Below are positions 1 to 11,006 of a DNA stretch of 64,000 nt, in pieces (the first letter of the stretch is position 1; every line of letters begins with the position of its first letter). The position numbers were made by a program, and so were the translations under genes. Source of the stretch: an uncultured virus (IMG/VR IMGVR_UViG_3300042879_002288) (lineage: Duplodnaviria > Heunggongvirae > Uroviricota > Caudoviricetes > Crassvirales); the IMG/VR virus record IMGVR_UViG_3300042879_002288; one strand, given 5' to 3'. Below the pieces are notes generated by a model. The model did no database searches and was not told where the DNA came from. It was given only the letters and a program-made list of their open reading frames with translations.

Positions 1-670
1 TAATGCACCCCACGGTTGGCTTGCGTGTGATGTTGGCAGTGGCCCACGTTCCGCTTGAAAGGGTGTGGGCTTCATTGGTTATTTCTGCGCCGTCTTTGTA
101 AATGCGGAAGGTTCCCGTGGTGCTCGTTGAATAAGTCATTGTAAATGTCAACTGAAACCACGAACCAGTCGGGACGGTCTCGGCCTTTGTCGTGTGGTAG
201 GCCGTTGAATTCAGGTACACCCCCATCATGTAACCCTGTCCGGTACTGCTTGAGTTTCCGCTGTCGTTGCTACGGTTATCCGTGAAAAAAGGATAAGCAT
301 AGCTTTGAGCTGCGTACAGGCCCATTCCGATAATAACATCCGGAAAGGTTACGGCCTGCGAAGCCGGAGCACTCACGTAGTATATCCAAATGCTCCACGT
401 ATATCCGGTCGTGCCGATGTTAAAGTCGGAACTGTCTGTCGCCCCTTCCATCCGGTCGTTCACCCCATCAAACTCAAAGTACCTTCGGCCTCCGCTGGTG
501 GTCCAAGTCGGCCCGGTTATGGTGAAGTTGTACCCGCTATTCGAGAGGTCCGTCCACGTAGAGCCGGAGCCGCTGTAGCTGTCGAGGTTGTACGCGTCGA
601 GGTACAACTTGAGTCCGTCGGTGATGACGGGGTATCTTCTTCTTGCCGAAGCAACTGCATTAAGTAACAT
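1..670 (-). CDS. LamG/ConA-like lectin-domain tail or receptor-binding protein (3' partial)
   Basis: Hand-translated, not in ORF track: [43 protein letters not shown]...FEFDGVND...YTWSIWIY...FRIYKDG. The ATG overlaps the upstream stop (TGATG); frame is open to the window edge. Confidence 0.8.
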   Translation of the reverse strand, partial: MLLNAVASARRRYPVITDGLKLYLDAYNLDSYSGSGSTWTDLSNSGYNFTITGPTWTTSGGRRYFEFDGVNDRMEGATDSSDFNIGTTGYTWSIWIYYVSAPASQAVTFPDVIIGMGLYAAQSYAYPFFTDNRSNDSGNSSSTGQGYMMGVYLNSTAYHTTKAETVPTGSWFQLTFTMTYSTSTTGTFRIYKDGAEITNEAHTLSSGTWATANITRKPTVGCI

Positions 671-3069
671 CATACCAGTGAACGTTCTCCAGTTAAAGTC
701 CAAGTATCTGATGCAACTCTTTTGAGCGCAATAACACTGTATCGAGCAAATGTCTTCAATGTTTCAGTAGAGTTTATGGTAACACCGCTTGCGGCAGCAA
801 TAGTTAATTGACCAGTATTATTTTGCTCAAAATAAATCTCAGTATCGGCAGCCCACGTTACGCTCGACTGTGCTGGAACGGTTATGGTTACCGCTGTTGT
901 TGATGTCGTCTGTATGTAATATCCAGCGTCAGAAAGTTGAAGTGTGTAAGACGTTCCGCTTTGAGTTCTTACAACGCTATAACTGCTTCCTCCGCCGCCG
1001 CTAACAGTCCCCCAAGAGGTGTCGTAGTCTGCTGTTGAGTTTTTAATAAGCGCCTGACCTGTAGTCCCACCAGTGGGAACCCCAACACCAGTCGCGCCTG
1101 TACCTCCTGTACCTCCTGTTACTCCAGTTGCTCCAGTTGCTCCTGTAGGACCAGCAGGGCCTTGAACACCCTGAACGCCTTGAACACCCTGAACGCCTTG
1201 CGCTCCCGTTTCGCCTGTTGCCCCCGTAGCCCCCGTTGGACCAGGAACAGTTGAATCAGCGCCAGTGGGTCCTATTGGGCCCTGAATGCCCTGTGTGCCA
1301 GTCTCACCAGTCGCACCTGTGGCTCCCGTAGCGCCAGTCGGACCAGCAACTCCTTGTATTCCCTGAGGACCAGTTTCACCCGTAGCGCCCGTAGGTCCCA
1401 CAGGTCCTTGTATTCCTTGAGCCCCAGTAGGTCCCTGAATACCTTGAATCCCCTGCGCCCCCGTCTCCCCTGTTGCCCCAGTAGCGCCCGTAGGCCCAGT
1501 GGGACCCGCCACCGTAGATGTAGCCCCTGTTGCCCCTGTAGCTCCTGTCGGACCCTGAATCCCTTGAATACCCTGGGGACCTGTCTCGCCTGTAGCCCCT
1601 GTAGCTCCTGTAGCTCCCGTGGCTCCAGTTGGTCCCGCTGGCCCTGGTACTGTAGATGTAGCTCCCGTAGCCCCAGTTGGCCCTATAGGTCCTTGAGACC
1701 CTGTCTCACCTGTTGCTCCAGTTGGCCCTGTGGCGCCAGCAACACCCGTGGCCCCAGTAGCCCCCGTAGGTCCAAGCTGAGTGTATGTTACTTGTGTGAT
1801 ACCACAGATAGCAGATGGGGCGGCGGGGATGTTGTTAGCGGCTATTGCTTGAAGAGATATGTCTGTAGATTCGGACTGCCAGTATATCTCTATATAATCA
1901 TTTGCAGCAGTAGATGTACCTACAAATGTTATAGTTAATGGGGCTTCAGAAGGTTCTGTAGAAGCTTTTCTAGGCTCTTGTGTGGTATGAATGGTAGAGT
2001 TAGCGTAATCACTTCCGTTAAGCTTTATCCAAAATTCACTTTCTTGTACAGCGTTTGAGGCATTTGTTATCTGAATTACACAAGTAAGTGTATATGTTCC
2101 TGGGTTAGCAATAACTATCCTTGAATTGTTTTGAATAGATATTCCGTTTGACGTGTATGTCCCGTTAAACGTAATTGCCTGTGGAGTATTTATAGTGGCG
2201 ATAGTCTGAGTAGACGAACTATAAAATGAACCATAGTAACCTATTGTTCCTCCAGCTCCTGTAACTCCAGTAACACCAGTGGCCCCAGTAGCTCCTGTTG
2301 CTCCAGTAACACCTGTAGCCCCAGTTGGTCCAGCCACGGTTGAAGTAGCACCCGTAGTTCCAGTCGCTCCAGTTGCTCCAGTAGGGCCAGCTACCCCTTG
2401 TGGTCCTTGTGGCCCAGTCTCTCCAGTGGCTCCTGTAGCTCCTGTGGCCCCTGTTGGTCCCTGAACGCCTTGTATTCCCTGTGCCCCCGTACCTCCTGTT
2501 GCTCCTGTTGCTCCAGTAGCCCCCGTTACGCCGCTTGTCCCTTGGGCACCGGTTTCTCCTGTAGCCCCTGTAGCCCCTGTAACTCCCGTGGGTCCAGCAA
2601 TCGTTGATGTCGCACCCGTTGCCCCTGTCGCACCCGTTGCCCCTGTTGCTCCCGTAGGTCCAATCGGACCCTGTACTGTAGATGTAGCGCCAGTGGCTCC
2701 CGTAGCGCCAGTGGCTCCCGTAGGGCCAGTATCTCCCTGTACTCCCTGGATGCCTTGTATTCCTTGAATCCCCTGCGCCCCAGTCTCGCCAGTAGCACCT
2801 GTCGACCCCGTAGGACCAGTTGGTCCAACTACAGTAGAATCTGCACCAGTGGCACCCGTAGCACCAGTTGGCCCCGTAGCTCCTGTAACGCCAGTCGGGC
2901 CTGTAGGTCCCTGAACTGTAGAGTCAGCCCCTGTAGGACCAGTGGGACCCGTGCCACCAGTCTCGCCCTTGGGTCCGGAGACGGCGGGAACCTGTACATC
3001 AACTATATTACTTGATGGTACAGATACCTCTACGGATAACTGAGCGGGGGATGTTACCTCTACAATCAT
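670..3069 (-). CDS. Collagen-like tail fibre
   Basis: Two long G-X-Y blocks (GPT/GAT/GIQ) flanking a beta-rich domain, plus a C-terminal globular domain. Confidence 0.85.
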   Translation of the reverse strand: MIVEVTSPAQLSVEVSVPSSNIVDVQVPAVSGPKGETGGTGPTGPTGADSTVQGPTGPTGVTGATGPTGATGATGADSTVVGPTGPTGSTGATGETGAQGIQGIQGIQGVQGDTGPTGATGATGATGATSTVQGPIGPTGATGATGATGATGATSTIAGPTGVTGATGATGETGAQGTSGVTGATGATGATGGTGAQGIQGVQGPTGATGATGATGETGPQGPQGVAGPTGATGATGTTGATSTVAGPTGATGVTGATGATGATGVTGVTGAGGTIGYYGSFYSSSTQTIATINTPQAITFNGTYTSNGISIQNNSRIVIANPGTYTLTCVIQITNASNAVQESEFWIKLNGSDYANSTIHTTQEPRKASTEPSEAPLTITFVGTSTAANDYIEIYWQSESTDISLQAIAANNIPAAPSAICGITQVTYTQLGPTGATGATGVAGATGPTGATGETGSQGPIGPTGATGATSTVPGPAGPTGATGATGATGATGETGPQGIQGIQGPTGATGATGATSTVAGPTGPTGATGATGETGAQGIQGIQGPTGAQGIQGPVGPTGATGETGPQGIQGVAGPTGATGATGATGETGTQGIQGPIGPTGADSTVPGPTGATGATGETGAQGVQGVQGVQGVQGPAGPTGATGATGVTGGTGGTGATGVGVPTGGTTGQALIKNSTADYDTSWGTVSGGGGSSYSVVRTQSGTSYTLQLSDAGYYIQTTSTTAVTITVPAQSSVTWAADTEIYFEQNNTGQLTIAAASGVTINSTETLKTFARYSVIALKRVASDTWTLTGERSLV

Positions 3070-3070
3070 T

Positions 3071-3220
3071 TTAGCTGAGTTCGTTTATTTCTTGCTGGCA
3101 TGCAGCTATGGCACCATCGTAACCAGACACATCAAAATCCATTTTAAACAACAAGTCTTTTGTAATTAAAAGATGTTGTATTTTTTGGTTCAAGCTATCT
3201 ATTAACTGTTGATTGCTCAT
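3071..3220 (-). CDS. Small protein, 49 aa
   Basis: Hand-translated [18 protein letters not shown]...EINELS; fills the gap between the two fibre genes exactly. Confidence 0.6.
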   Translation of the reverse strand: MSNQQLIDSLNQKIQHLLITKDLLFKMDFDVSGYDGAIAACQQEINELS

Positions 3221-3221
3221 G

Positions 3222-4096
<875 letters not shown>

Positions 4097-4097
<1 letters not shown>

Positions 4098-4552
4098 TAC
4101 ACAACAGTTATGTCGTCGTTTACAACAAACCCTCCTCTAACAATAGTCTTGTACGTTCCGCTCACAACTGATTGAATATCATACACATACCTTCCAGCAG
4201 GAACCTGCTTCATAGTGTTATGCGAACCAGTTATAGTCACATTACCGCTGTCGTCAACCACTATTGGCTCAAACGTAAGGTTTGTCACAGGAGCCTGTCC
4301 CTCTTCCTGTCTGGTTTCTTTTGCGTCTGGAGTGCTTATAACCACAGGCCCTTTCATCAAGGCTGGCTCCACGGAGGCGGGGTCTTGTACTGGCTGTTCT
4401 CTGACCTGCATCAAGAACGTGTACCCAAGGGTAGACAATTCCATGGGGACGCCATCAGAGTCCTTAAGTCTTAGATTAAGCAAGAACGTGTCTCCCTTCT
4501 TACAGACTATGTCAAGCTTGTCGGCTGTATCTAATGTAACCTTGCTGGCCAT
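4097..4552 (-). CDS. BppU-like fibre-attachment protein
   Basis: [11 protein letters not shown]...G(R)YVYDIQ...G.F.V pattern; directly upstream of the fibre genes. Confidence 0.6.
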
Positions 4553-6948
4553 TATATTATGTTTGATTGTTTACGCTGTTCTATAAGCTTTGACTGTTCT
4601 ATTGCCTGCTTCGTGACCCTCTCATCCTTTCTGTTTTCTTTGAAAACCTCTATCTTTTCCTTAAACTCTTTGTCGTCTGTCTTAAAACCAAGCATGGCCT
4701 GAGCCTTTAGTAGCTCAATTTGCATTCTGTTTTGATGTCTTACGGCTTCTAATTGAGCTTCAATCTGAGCCTGCAACTGCATTTTTTGAGCTTCAATCTG
4801 AGCCTCCATCTGCATCTCCTGCATCTTGGCCTGTGAAGTTGCTTGAGCAGACTGCTGTTGTATCTGAGCCTGCATCTGCGAGTTCTGCATGGCCTGCTCC
4901 TGAAGCCTCTTCATGCGCTTCTTGCGACGAGCAATTAACAGCATCTCAGCCTGATTGACGTCCTTCATGTTGCGTATGGCTATGGCATCCTCTATGTCAA
5001 GTTCCTTCTGCTGAAGAGAAATCTGTATGTTCTGCTCAAGATACTGTCTGTCCTTATCCTCCATGTCCTTCACCACCTGCACCCCAAAATTGTACATAGG
5101 GAGATTGCTGAATGACGAAAGGACATTCATGTTCTCCTTACCTATAGCATTTTCATACACCCTGAAGATGACGGAGTCAGTTGGGAGAATCTGGATACAC
5201 TTGACAACATCCTCGCACACTTTTTTGAACAGAACCATAGAGGCGTTGGTTATGTCGTATATAGCGTTGTTGGCAGCAGCCAGAGCCTGCTCTCTAACCC
5301 CGACAAGGGCCTCTCCTTTTGGTGATGAAGCATCCATTACCTCGTTGATTCCAGTCACATCACGAATCATCCTTAGGTAGTGATTGTATATACCTATGAG
5401 TTCGTTTATGTTTCTGATGCTGTTGCCAATCTCTCTAATCGGTGGATTCTGGAACCCTCCTTCTGGGTTCTTACTTCTATAGTAGAAAACACCAGTCTGC
5501 TCATAGATGTCGTGCAGGTCCAGGGGCTGTAGCTCACCACCCTTGCCAAGCTGCACATTCTCCAGGCCCTCAATATCTATGATAAGCCCATCAGGCTTTG
5601 CCTTGGCTATGGCCTGCTGTATCTTCAGGTGTGTGAGTTGTAACATATCAGCAAACCCTATACAGCTATCCACCATGCTCTTCGGCATCATCTGCATCAG
5701 GTTGGTTGAGATGGCGGAATAAGACATACGCGCCTTTGATATGTCGTGTATGTTCTTTGGTATGTTGGTGACCTTTCCGTACCCAAACAAGTAGTCGTCG
5801 CAGTCGAGTATGTAGCTGCCCCCGTAAACGGTGGCTATAGTCATCATATGAGGTCTGCGCTCATAAACACTACCAGGTCTTTCTTTGTACTCAAATCCCT
5901 TGTAGAAGAAGTTCACGTTCCCGTATCTGTTCTCTTTCTCTTCGAAGTACATATTGTCAACTGAGATAAACTCGAAGTCAAGAACATCTACCATATACTC
6001 GTCATAGCCATATATATTCTTCTTAAGTCTGTCGTCGTATCTGTACTTGTCTATACCAGAAGGGTCATTCCCAGTTCTGTTTTTAACCTTATAGGCAATT
6101 TTCTTCAGCGTCTCCTCGTCAATCTCCCCGTTAGATATTCTTCTAAGTTCATCTATAGAGATTCTCTTTATGCTTCCCGCATAGATGATGTCATCAAAGT
6201 TGGGGTCTTCTGTATAGCTGTGAACAAATCTTGCTGGGTCCACGTAATCCAGGACTATACCTGTGTTGGGGTCGTTTCTACGTTTCACAACAGCCATGCC
6301 TATAGAGGCAAGGTCATTGACGCATCTGCGGTATGTGCCGTCGTTGAAGTTGTTCCACGACAGCGTCATATTGGTTCCAATCTGTGCAGCAATCTCTGCG
6401 TCAGTCTTTATGTTCGTCTCAAGAAGTATCTCTGACTCCTCGAGCGTCTCTGGAAGTTGTTCTGGGTCTATGTCAAGCACAACGCCAGTCTGTTGCTTCA
6501 GCTGGATGAGTTGCTCTCTGGCCTCTACCTGCATCTGAATCCTTTTCTTCTGCTCATTTTTTTCAGAAGAAGACAGCGGGTCAACGGCCTCAAGATTAGG
6601 GTATGGGTCTCTCGACAGAATCTTGTTGACCACGACGCGTACAAACTTCGGCAGTATAGGAACTGGGGTGAAGTCTATGTTTAGTAAGCTACCGTCGTTG
6701 CTATTAGGGTCAAGAGTGTGAAGCAGTTGCTTGTATATGGAGGTGTCCTGAGTTCCGTTGGCATAGTTTCTTGAACGCTCGAACGTAGAGTTTCTCTTGG
6801 AGAACAATGAGTTTGTGTCATATATCTTCCCCCACTGAGACTCTATGGCCTTGGCATACTTGATGCCGTACTCCTTGCTTGCCTTTACAGAGGCATCTGC
6901 CAAGGGGTCTGGAAACCCTCCTGTGTTCTTGTTTTCTTTATTGTACAT
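4552..6948 (-). CDS. Portal protein (crAss-like)
   Basis: 798 aa directly downstream of TerL; PILPKFV and TGINE motifs; Q-rich coiled C-terminus. Confidence 0.85.
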   Translation of the reverse strand: MYNKENKNTGGFPDPLADASVKASKEYGIKYAKAIESQWGKIYDTNSLFSKRNSTFERSRNYANGTQDTSIYKQLLHTLDPNSNDGSLLNIDFTPVPILPKFVRVVVNKILSRDPYPNLEAVDPLSSSEKNEQKKRIQMQVEAREQLIQLKQQTGVVLDIDPEQLPETLEESEILLETNIKTDAEIAAQIGTNMTLSWNNFNDGTYRRCVNDLASIGMAVVKRRNDPNTGIVLDYVDPARFVHSYTEDPNFDDIIYAGSIKRISIDELRRISNGEIDEETLKKIAYKVKNRTGNDPSGIDKYRYDDRLKKNIYGYDEYMVDVLDFEFISVDNMYFEEKENRYGNVNFFYKGFEYKERPGSVYERRPHMMTIATVYGGSYILDCDDYLFGYGKVTNIPKNIHDISKARMSYSAISTNLMQMMPKSMVDSCIGFADMLQLTHLKIQQAIAKAKPDGLIIDIEGLENVQLGKGGELQPLDLHDIYEQTGVFYYRSKNPEGGFQNPPIREIGNSIRNINELIGIYNHYLRMIRDVTGINEVMDASSPKGEALVGVREQALAAANNAIYDITNASMVLFKKVCEDVVKCIQILPTDSVIFRVYENAIGKENMNVLSSFSNLPMYNFGVQVVKDMEDKDRQYLEQNIQISLQQKELDIEDAIAIRNMKDVNQAEMLLIARRKKRMKRLQEQAMQNSQMQAQIQQQSAQATSQAKMQEMQMEAQIEAQKMQLQAQIEAQLEAVRHQNRMQIELLKAQAMLGFKTDDKEFKEKIEVFKENRKDERVTKQAIEQSKLIEQRKQSNII

Positions 6949-7004
6949 TACGGCAGAGCGTATACTGCGCTATAACACAATATAACTCTGCAAATATAAA
7001 TAAA

Positions 7005-9119
7005 TCAACCCATGACCTTGTATCTACGTATAAATCTCTTGTCTTCAAATGACGCCACTGGTTTTTCTTTCGCCTTTTGAGCGGCGAGGAGCGCCAATCC
7101 AGAGCTTATGGTCAAGTCAAACTTAGTACGCTTGTCAATCTTAAACCCTATCCAGTCCTCCAGGGTTCTATCGAAATACATCTTACCCATCTCCCCAGTC
7201 TCGTAGTTTATCCCGACATGGTTGTGGACGTAAGACTCTATGGCCTGGGCATGGGCATGTATGATGTCCTGCGAGTTTGATGGGATTCCCTTGGTCTTCA
7301 CGCTTGTATTAGAACCAGAAATCTTCAGGTGCTCTGGCCTGTCCATGATGTACCCGTCATAACCCCTCTGCTCAAAGTACCTGACTATACCGTACTTGTT
7401 GTTTTCTATAAGCAGCGGATAGCCATAGAAGAAGGCGCACATAAGCACATCCTCGTAGAATATCTTAGCCATGTCCGGTCGAGAGGCGTACTCCACCACA
7501 AACATGTTGGACGGCCTGTTCATGGAGAACTTGTTGTACATATGGAGGGCCCCCTTGGAGCCCCTGCCGTCTACAGTAGCGTCGATGTCATAGGAGTCAA
7601 CCCCACCACACCCATAGTCAGAGAATGGGGGAACGCGCTTCCCATGGGCCTCTCTTATCACGTTTCGCTCTTCATTAGGGGGCATCCAGCAAACCCTAAA
7701 TCTTCCGTTGACGTTAGGAGAGAACACAACCTTCTTGTCTTTCTCCTCCCACACAAAGTTGCCCTGTACAACAGGGTTGGGGTACAGTTCCTGGTTGTGC
7801 TCTATCTGCTCGTAAATTTTCCCTACGTTAAATATGCTCCCCGACACACTGTCTCTAAACGCCTCGTCTTCGTTGAATGGAAACTGCCTGACTATTTCGT
7901 TCATCTCCGAGGAGTCATGCTTCATGCTGTCTCTCTCGTTTCTCAAGAAGTCTTTGGCGCCTATGGCGGTAGTTCCACCGTCGAGCGTCTCAACTGGTTC
8001 TTCTGGGGTCTCTGCTATAGGATTACCATAGACATCAAAGAATCCCTCCAGGGCGTCATAGGCAGGAACAAAAATCTTGTACAGTCCGCTCTTGGTTCTT
8101 CCGTTGGCATTTCGTTCAAACGGGTTGCTGTCCTCCCACAACTTCTTGTATTCCTCACCACCGTTCTGCATTGGGTTCACGGTACTGCCAACCAAAGCCT
8201 TACCAATCACGTTCTTACCAACGATGAGACACGTACGCTCTATCCTCCACGCCTCTCTTATGTCTGACGGGTCCTCCCACTTACCAGCCTCATCCAGGTA
8301 TAGCATGTGCAGTTTCTCACCGTCGTATGCGTTGTTGGTGGTGTTCTTCCAGTTGATTATGGTGTTAAGAGCGTCACCAGCATATGTGCTCTTGTTGTTC
8401 TTGGTTATCCTCTTGGATGGCTCCCTAAAGGCCAGTTCCATTCTGGGGTTGGTGGTACCGTCCTGGATAGGCTTGAAGAAGAAAGGGTAGTTTGTAAAAA
8501 TCTGAACTACCTTCTTCATGAAGATATTCTCCTGAGCGTCCTTACCCGTCTTGGACTGTATGCCTATCGTCTTGTCCTTGACCTGAGTTCCCTCGTCAAC
8601 AAGGATAGCAGTGCAAATGTTGGTGTAACCAGAACGGCGACACTTAGTATAAAGCTGACCAATACAACGCTCGTCAGCCTCACAAGCAGCAAAATGAAGA
8701 AATATCTCACGTTGAAACTGTAGGAAGTAAGGGTAACCTATGTCAATCTTAGACCACTGGAGAAACATGTAGTGTCTGCCTGTGATATACGTAGGCTCGC
8801 CATTGTTATAGAACCACACCCCGTTCCTCCTCCTTTTGTACTCCTCTTCTATGTACGGGGAAAATGTAGCCCTGAACTCTGGAGACTTTTCCATCCACTC
8901 GTCCATGGACCTAATCTTCTCAAGTTCCTTAGGGACTGGCAACCTTGACCATCGTTGTTCCAGTTTTGGGAACTCGTGAAACAGTATCTCTTTCTTAGAT
9001 GGCTGTTTGGGTAAAACGACAAGAAGCCCGTGAAGTTCTATGACTTCGCCGTGGCTTCCGTTTGGGTCTATCTTTATTCCTTTCTCCTTATAGCCCTCTA
9101 AGTCAACCAAACAACTCAT
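7005..9119 (-). CDS. terL: Terminase large subunit
   Basis: KCRRSGYT Walker A, LYLDEAGKW Walker B, GVDSYD nuclease motif, LIENNK. Confidence 0.92.
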   Translation of the reverse strand: MSCLVDLEGYKEKGIKIDPNGSHGEVIELHGLLVVLPKQPSKKEILFHEFPKLEQRWSRLPVPKELEKIRSMDEWMEKSPEFRATFSPYIEEEYKRRRNGVWFYNNGEPTYITGRHYMFLQWSKIDIGYPYFLQFQREIFLHFAACEADERCIGQLYTKCRRSGYTNICTAILVDEGTQVKDKTIGIQSKTGKDAQENIFMKKVVQIFTNYPFFFKPIQDGTTNPRMELAFREPSKRITKNNKSTYAGDALNTIINWKNTTNNAYDGEKLHMLYLDEAGKWEDPSDIREAWRIERTCLIVGKNVIGKALVGSTVNPMQNGGEEYKKLWEDSNPFERNANGRTKSGLYKIFVPAYDALEGFFDVYGNPIAETPEEPVETLDGGTTAIGAKDFLRNERDSMKHDSSEMNEIVRQFPFNEDEAFRDSVSGSIFNVGKIYEQIEHNQELYPNPVVQGNFVWEEKDKKVVFSPNVNGRFRVCWMPPNEERNVIREAHGKRVPPFSDYGCGGVDSYDIDATVDGRGSKGALHMYNKFSMNRPSNMFVVEYASRPDMAKIFYEDVLMCAFFYGYPLLIENNKYGIVRYFEQRGYDGYIMDRPEHLKISGSNTSVKTKGIPSNSQDIIHAHAQAIESYVHNHVGINYETGEMGKMYFDRTLEDWIGFKIDKRTKFDLTISSGLALLAAQKAKEKPVASFEDKRFIRRYKVMG

Positions 9120-9751
9120 GTAAATTTAAGTGCAGCTGCCGTTACTGGCAGGTTATCTGCAAAGATATGTTTAATGACTTTTGCCAAATCCTGTATCTCT
9201 TTCTGAGCATGTGGGTCGTCACGAATCTGCAAGAAATGTATCCAAGAGCGTACGCTGCCAGTCATGTGCAGCGTTGTCTTCGTGGCAAGAGGCAGCACAA
9301 ATCTTGCCGTCTCACGAGACACGCCAGCCTCAATTAGACCGTTGTATAGCTGCTCACATGCGGCAAACACCATAGCTACCTTGCTATCAAGGACAACAGA
9401 GTTCATTGGCTCAACAGACGACTGCCTGTTTTTTACAGCCTGCCAACGCAACTCCACTGGCTCAAAGATGCTCCCGTCTTTTGACAGGGCATTGACGTCC
9501 TGGTATCTCTGGCTAAACTCCTGGAATGTAAAGCTTCTATGTCTGAGAAGCTGTATGGCTATGGCCTTGCTGGTCTCTATCTCAAACGTAAGGTAGGAGT
9601 GCTCGAACGGTGACCAGTGCCCATGAGTGATGAGGTACTTTATGAGCGAGCCGTAATCCTCCTTCTTATTCTCACGAGAGCTTGAAACACGTGCAACTTC
9701 AACAATATGCTGTTCAGCATTGGGGGTGATGGACAATAGTTTTACTTTCAT
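9116..9751 (-). CDS. thyX: Flavin-dependent thymidylate synthase
   Basis: GHWSPFEH, RHRSFTFQEFSQRY ThyX signature, HAQKEI. Confidence 0.97.
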   Translation of the reverse strand: MKVKLLSITPNAEQHIVEVARVSSSRENKKEDYGSLIKYLITHGHWSPFEHSYLTFEIETSKAIAIQLLRHRSFTFQEFSQRYQDVNALSKDGSIFEPVELRWQAVKNRQSSVEPMNSVVLDSKVAMVFAACEQLYNGLIEAGVSRETARFVLPLATKTTLHMTGSVRSWIHFLQIRDDPHAQKEIQDLAKVIKHIFADNLPVTAAALKFT

Positions 9752-9752
9752 T

Positions 9753-10283
9753 TTATTCCCAGTAGATTTCTTCTCCTCTTAAGTAAAGTTTCTTCTCCTC
9801 TGCTTTTTCTTCAGATGTAAAGTGTCTGTCCGTAAACAGACAGTAGTTGTTTGGCATCAAGCAAAACTGACCGCTTTCAAGATTCACAAGATTAAGTGGC
9901 TTGTGCTCTTGCGGATACATGCTATACCCGTCTTTCCAATCAACCATGATGCCTGTGTGTCTTCCTTTGCAAGTCCTGGTTTTTACTTCAAGGCCGTGAA
10001 GATAATGAACGTGCCATACATCCATGTCATCGCCCATGCACTTCCATGGCATCAGTTCTTCGTGAGTCAGTGAAAAATCTTCTGTAGTGGATACTCCGTG
10101 AAGCGGAAGCCCACTCCAATGAGCGCCAGTTTCAAGGACTACGTGACACAGCAAAACCTGATACTCACGACCATATACAGCGTGCCATATACCCTTTGTA
10201 ACGCCTTCTGGCATATTCGGACCAAGCATCTTGTTATCTACATTTATGTAGAAGTGATGCGGGAGATTTGCGTGTTTGCTCAC
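9753..10283 (-). CDS. Hypothetical phage protein
   Basis: 176-aa ORF with GTG start, in operon orientation. Confidence 0.75.
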   Translation of the reverse strand: MSKHANLPHHFYINVDNKMLGPNMPEGVTKGIWHAVYGREYQVLLCHVVLETGAHWSGLPLHGVSTTEDFSLTHEELMPWKCMGDDMDVWHVHYLHGLEVKTRTCKGRHTGIMVDWKDGYSMYPQEHKPLNLVNLESGQFCLMPNNYCLFTDRHFTSEEKAEEKKLYLRGEEIYWE

Positions 10284-10442
10284 AAGAGTTTTACTTTCAT
10301 TTGATTTATGACCGTGATGGTTTTTTACTTCATTGAATCGTTATTGCAGTTATAATGATGCATTTTTGCTTCATTTGCATCAACAATCAGGCATTATGCT
10401 CAGGAGTAATTCCCGAGTTTGGCGCCGTTTTACTCCCGAGTT

Positions 10443-10517
10443 TGGCAGCCAGGGTAGGAGTCGAACCTACATTCAGTGGCATGAAGCCAGCCATTCTACC
10501 AGTTGAACTACCTGACT
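10443..10517 (-). tRNA. tRNA with UCA anticodon (opal-suppressor/Trp-like, atypical)
   Basis: AGTCAGG/CCTGGCT acceptor, GTTCGACTC T-arm, G73, encoded CCA; loop CT-TCA-TG; one C-C mismatch in the anticodon stem. Confidence 0.7.
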
Positions 10518-10522
10518 ATTAG

Positions 10523-10595
10523 AGCTTCTGAAAGGAGTCGAACCCTCAACCTACTGAGTACAAATCAGTTGCTCTACCAATTGAGCTACAGAAGC
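10523..10595 (-). tRNA. tRNA-Thr(UGU)
   Basis: GCTTCTG/CAGAAGC acceptor; loop TT-TGT-AC. Confidence 0.92.
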
Positions 10596-10596
10596 A

Positions 10597-10672
10597 TGGC
10601 GCGTCAGACAGGATTTGAACCTGCAGCCCTCGGTTTTGGAGACCGATGCTCTACCAGTTGAGCTACTGACGT
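10597..10672 (-). tRNA. tRNA-Trp(CCA)
   Basis: Loop CT-CCA-AA, G73, encoded CCA. Confidence 0.93.
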
Positions 10673-10706
10673 GTTTTCTTGCGGTCACAAATTGTGACAT
10701 CAAGAG

Positions 10707-10780
10707 TAGGGGCGACAGGACTCGAACCTGTGACCTTGATGATATAAGCATCCTGCTCTAACCAACTGAGCTACGCCCCC
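10707..10780 (-). tRNA. tRNA-Ile(UAU)
   Basis: GGGGGCG/CGCCCCT acceptor, A73, loop CT-TAT-AT. Confidence 0.85.
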
Positions 10781-10848
10781 AGTTAATCGCACCTATTTAA
10801 TCGTAGAGGTGCAGAACGCGAAATAAAGACCAGCAAGTCAAAGAATTG

Positions 10849-10922
10849 TACGCCCGACAGGATTCGAACCTGTGACCCACAGCTTAGAAGGCTGTTGCTC
10901 TATCCAGCTGAGCTACGAGCGC
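10849..10922 (-). tRNA. tRNA-Arg(UCU)
   Basis: ACAGC-CTTCTAA-GCTGT anticodon arm; canonical D and T arms. Confidence 0.93.
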
Positions 10923-10931
10923 AGATGATTG

Positions 10932-10998
10932 AGCCCTGTGCAGGAATCGAACCCGCCGCGTCCGAGTATTAGTCGGGGCTCCCGTGAGCTTACAGGGC
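10932..10998 (-). tRNA. Atypical 67-nt tRNA-like gene, apparent anticodon AAU
   Basis: GCCCTGT/ACAGGGC acceptor, GGTTCGATTCC T-arm, 4-nt D-loop, CCGA-CTAATAC-TCGG. Confidence 0.6.
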
Positions 10999-11006
10999 AA
11001 GGCCAG

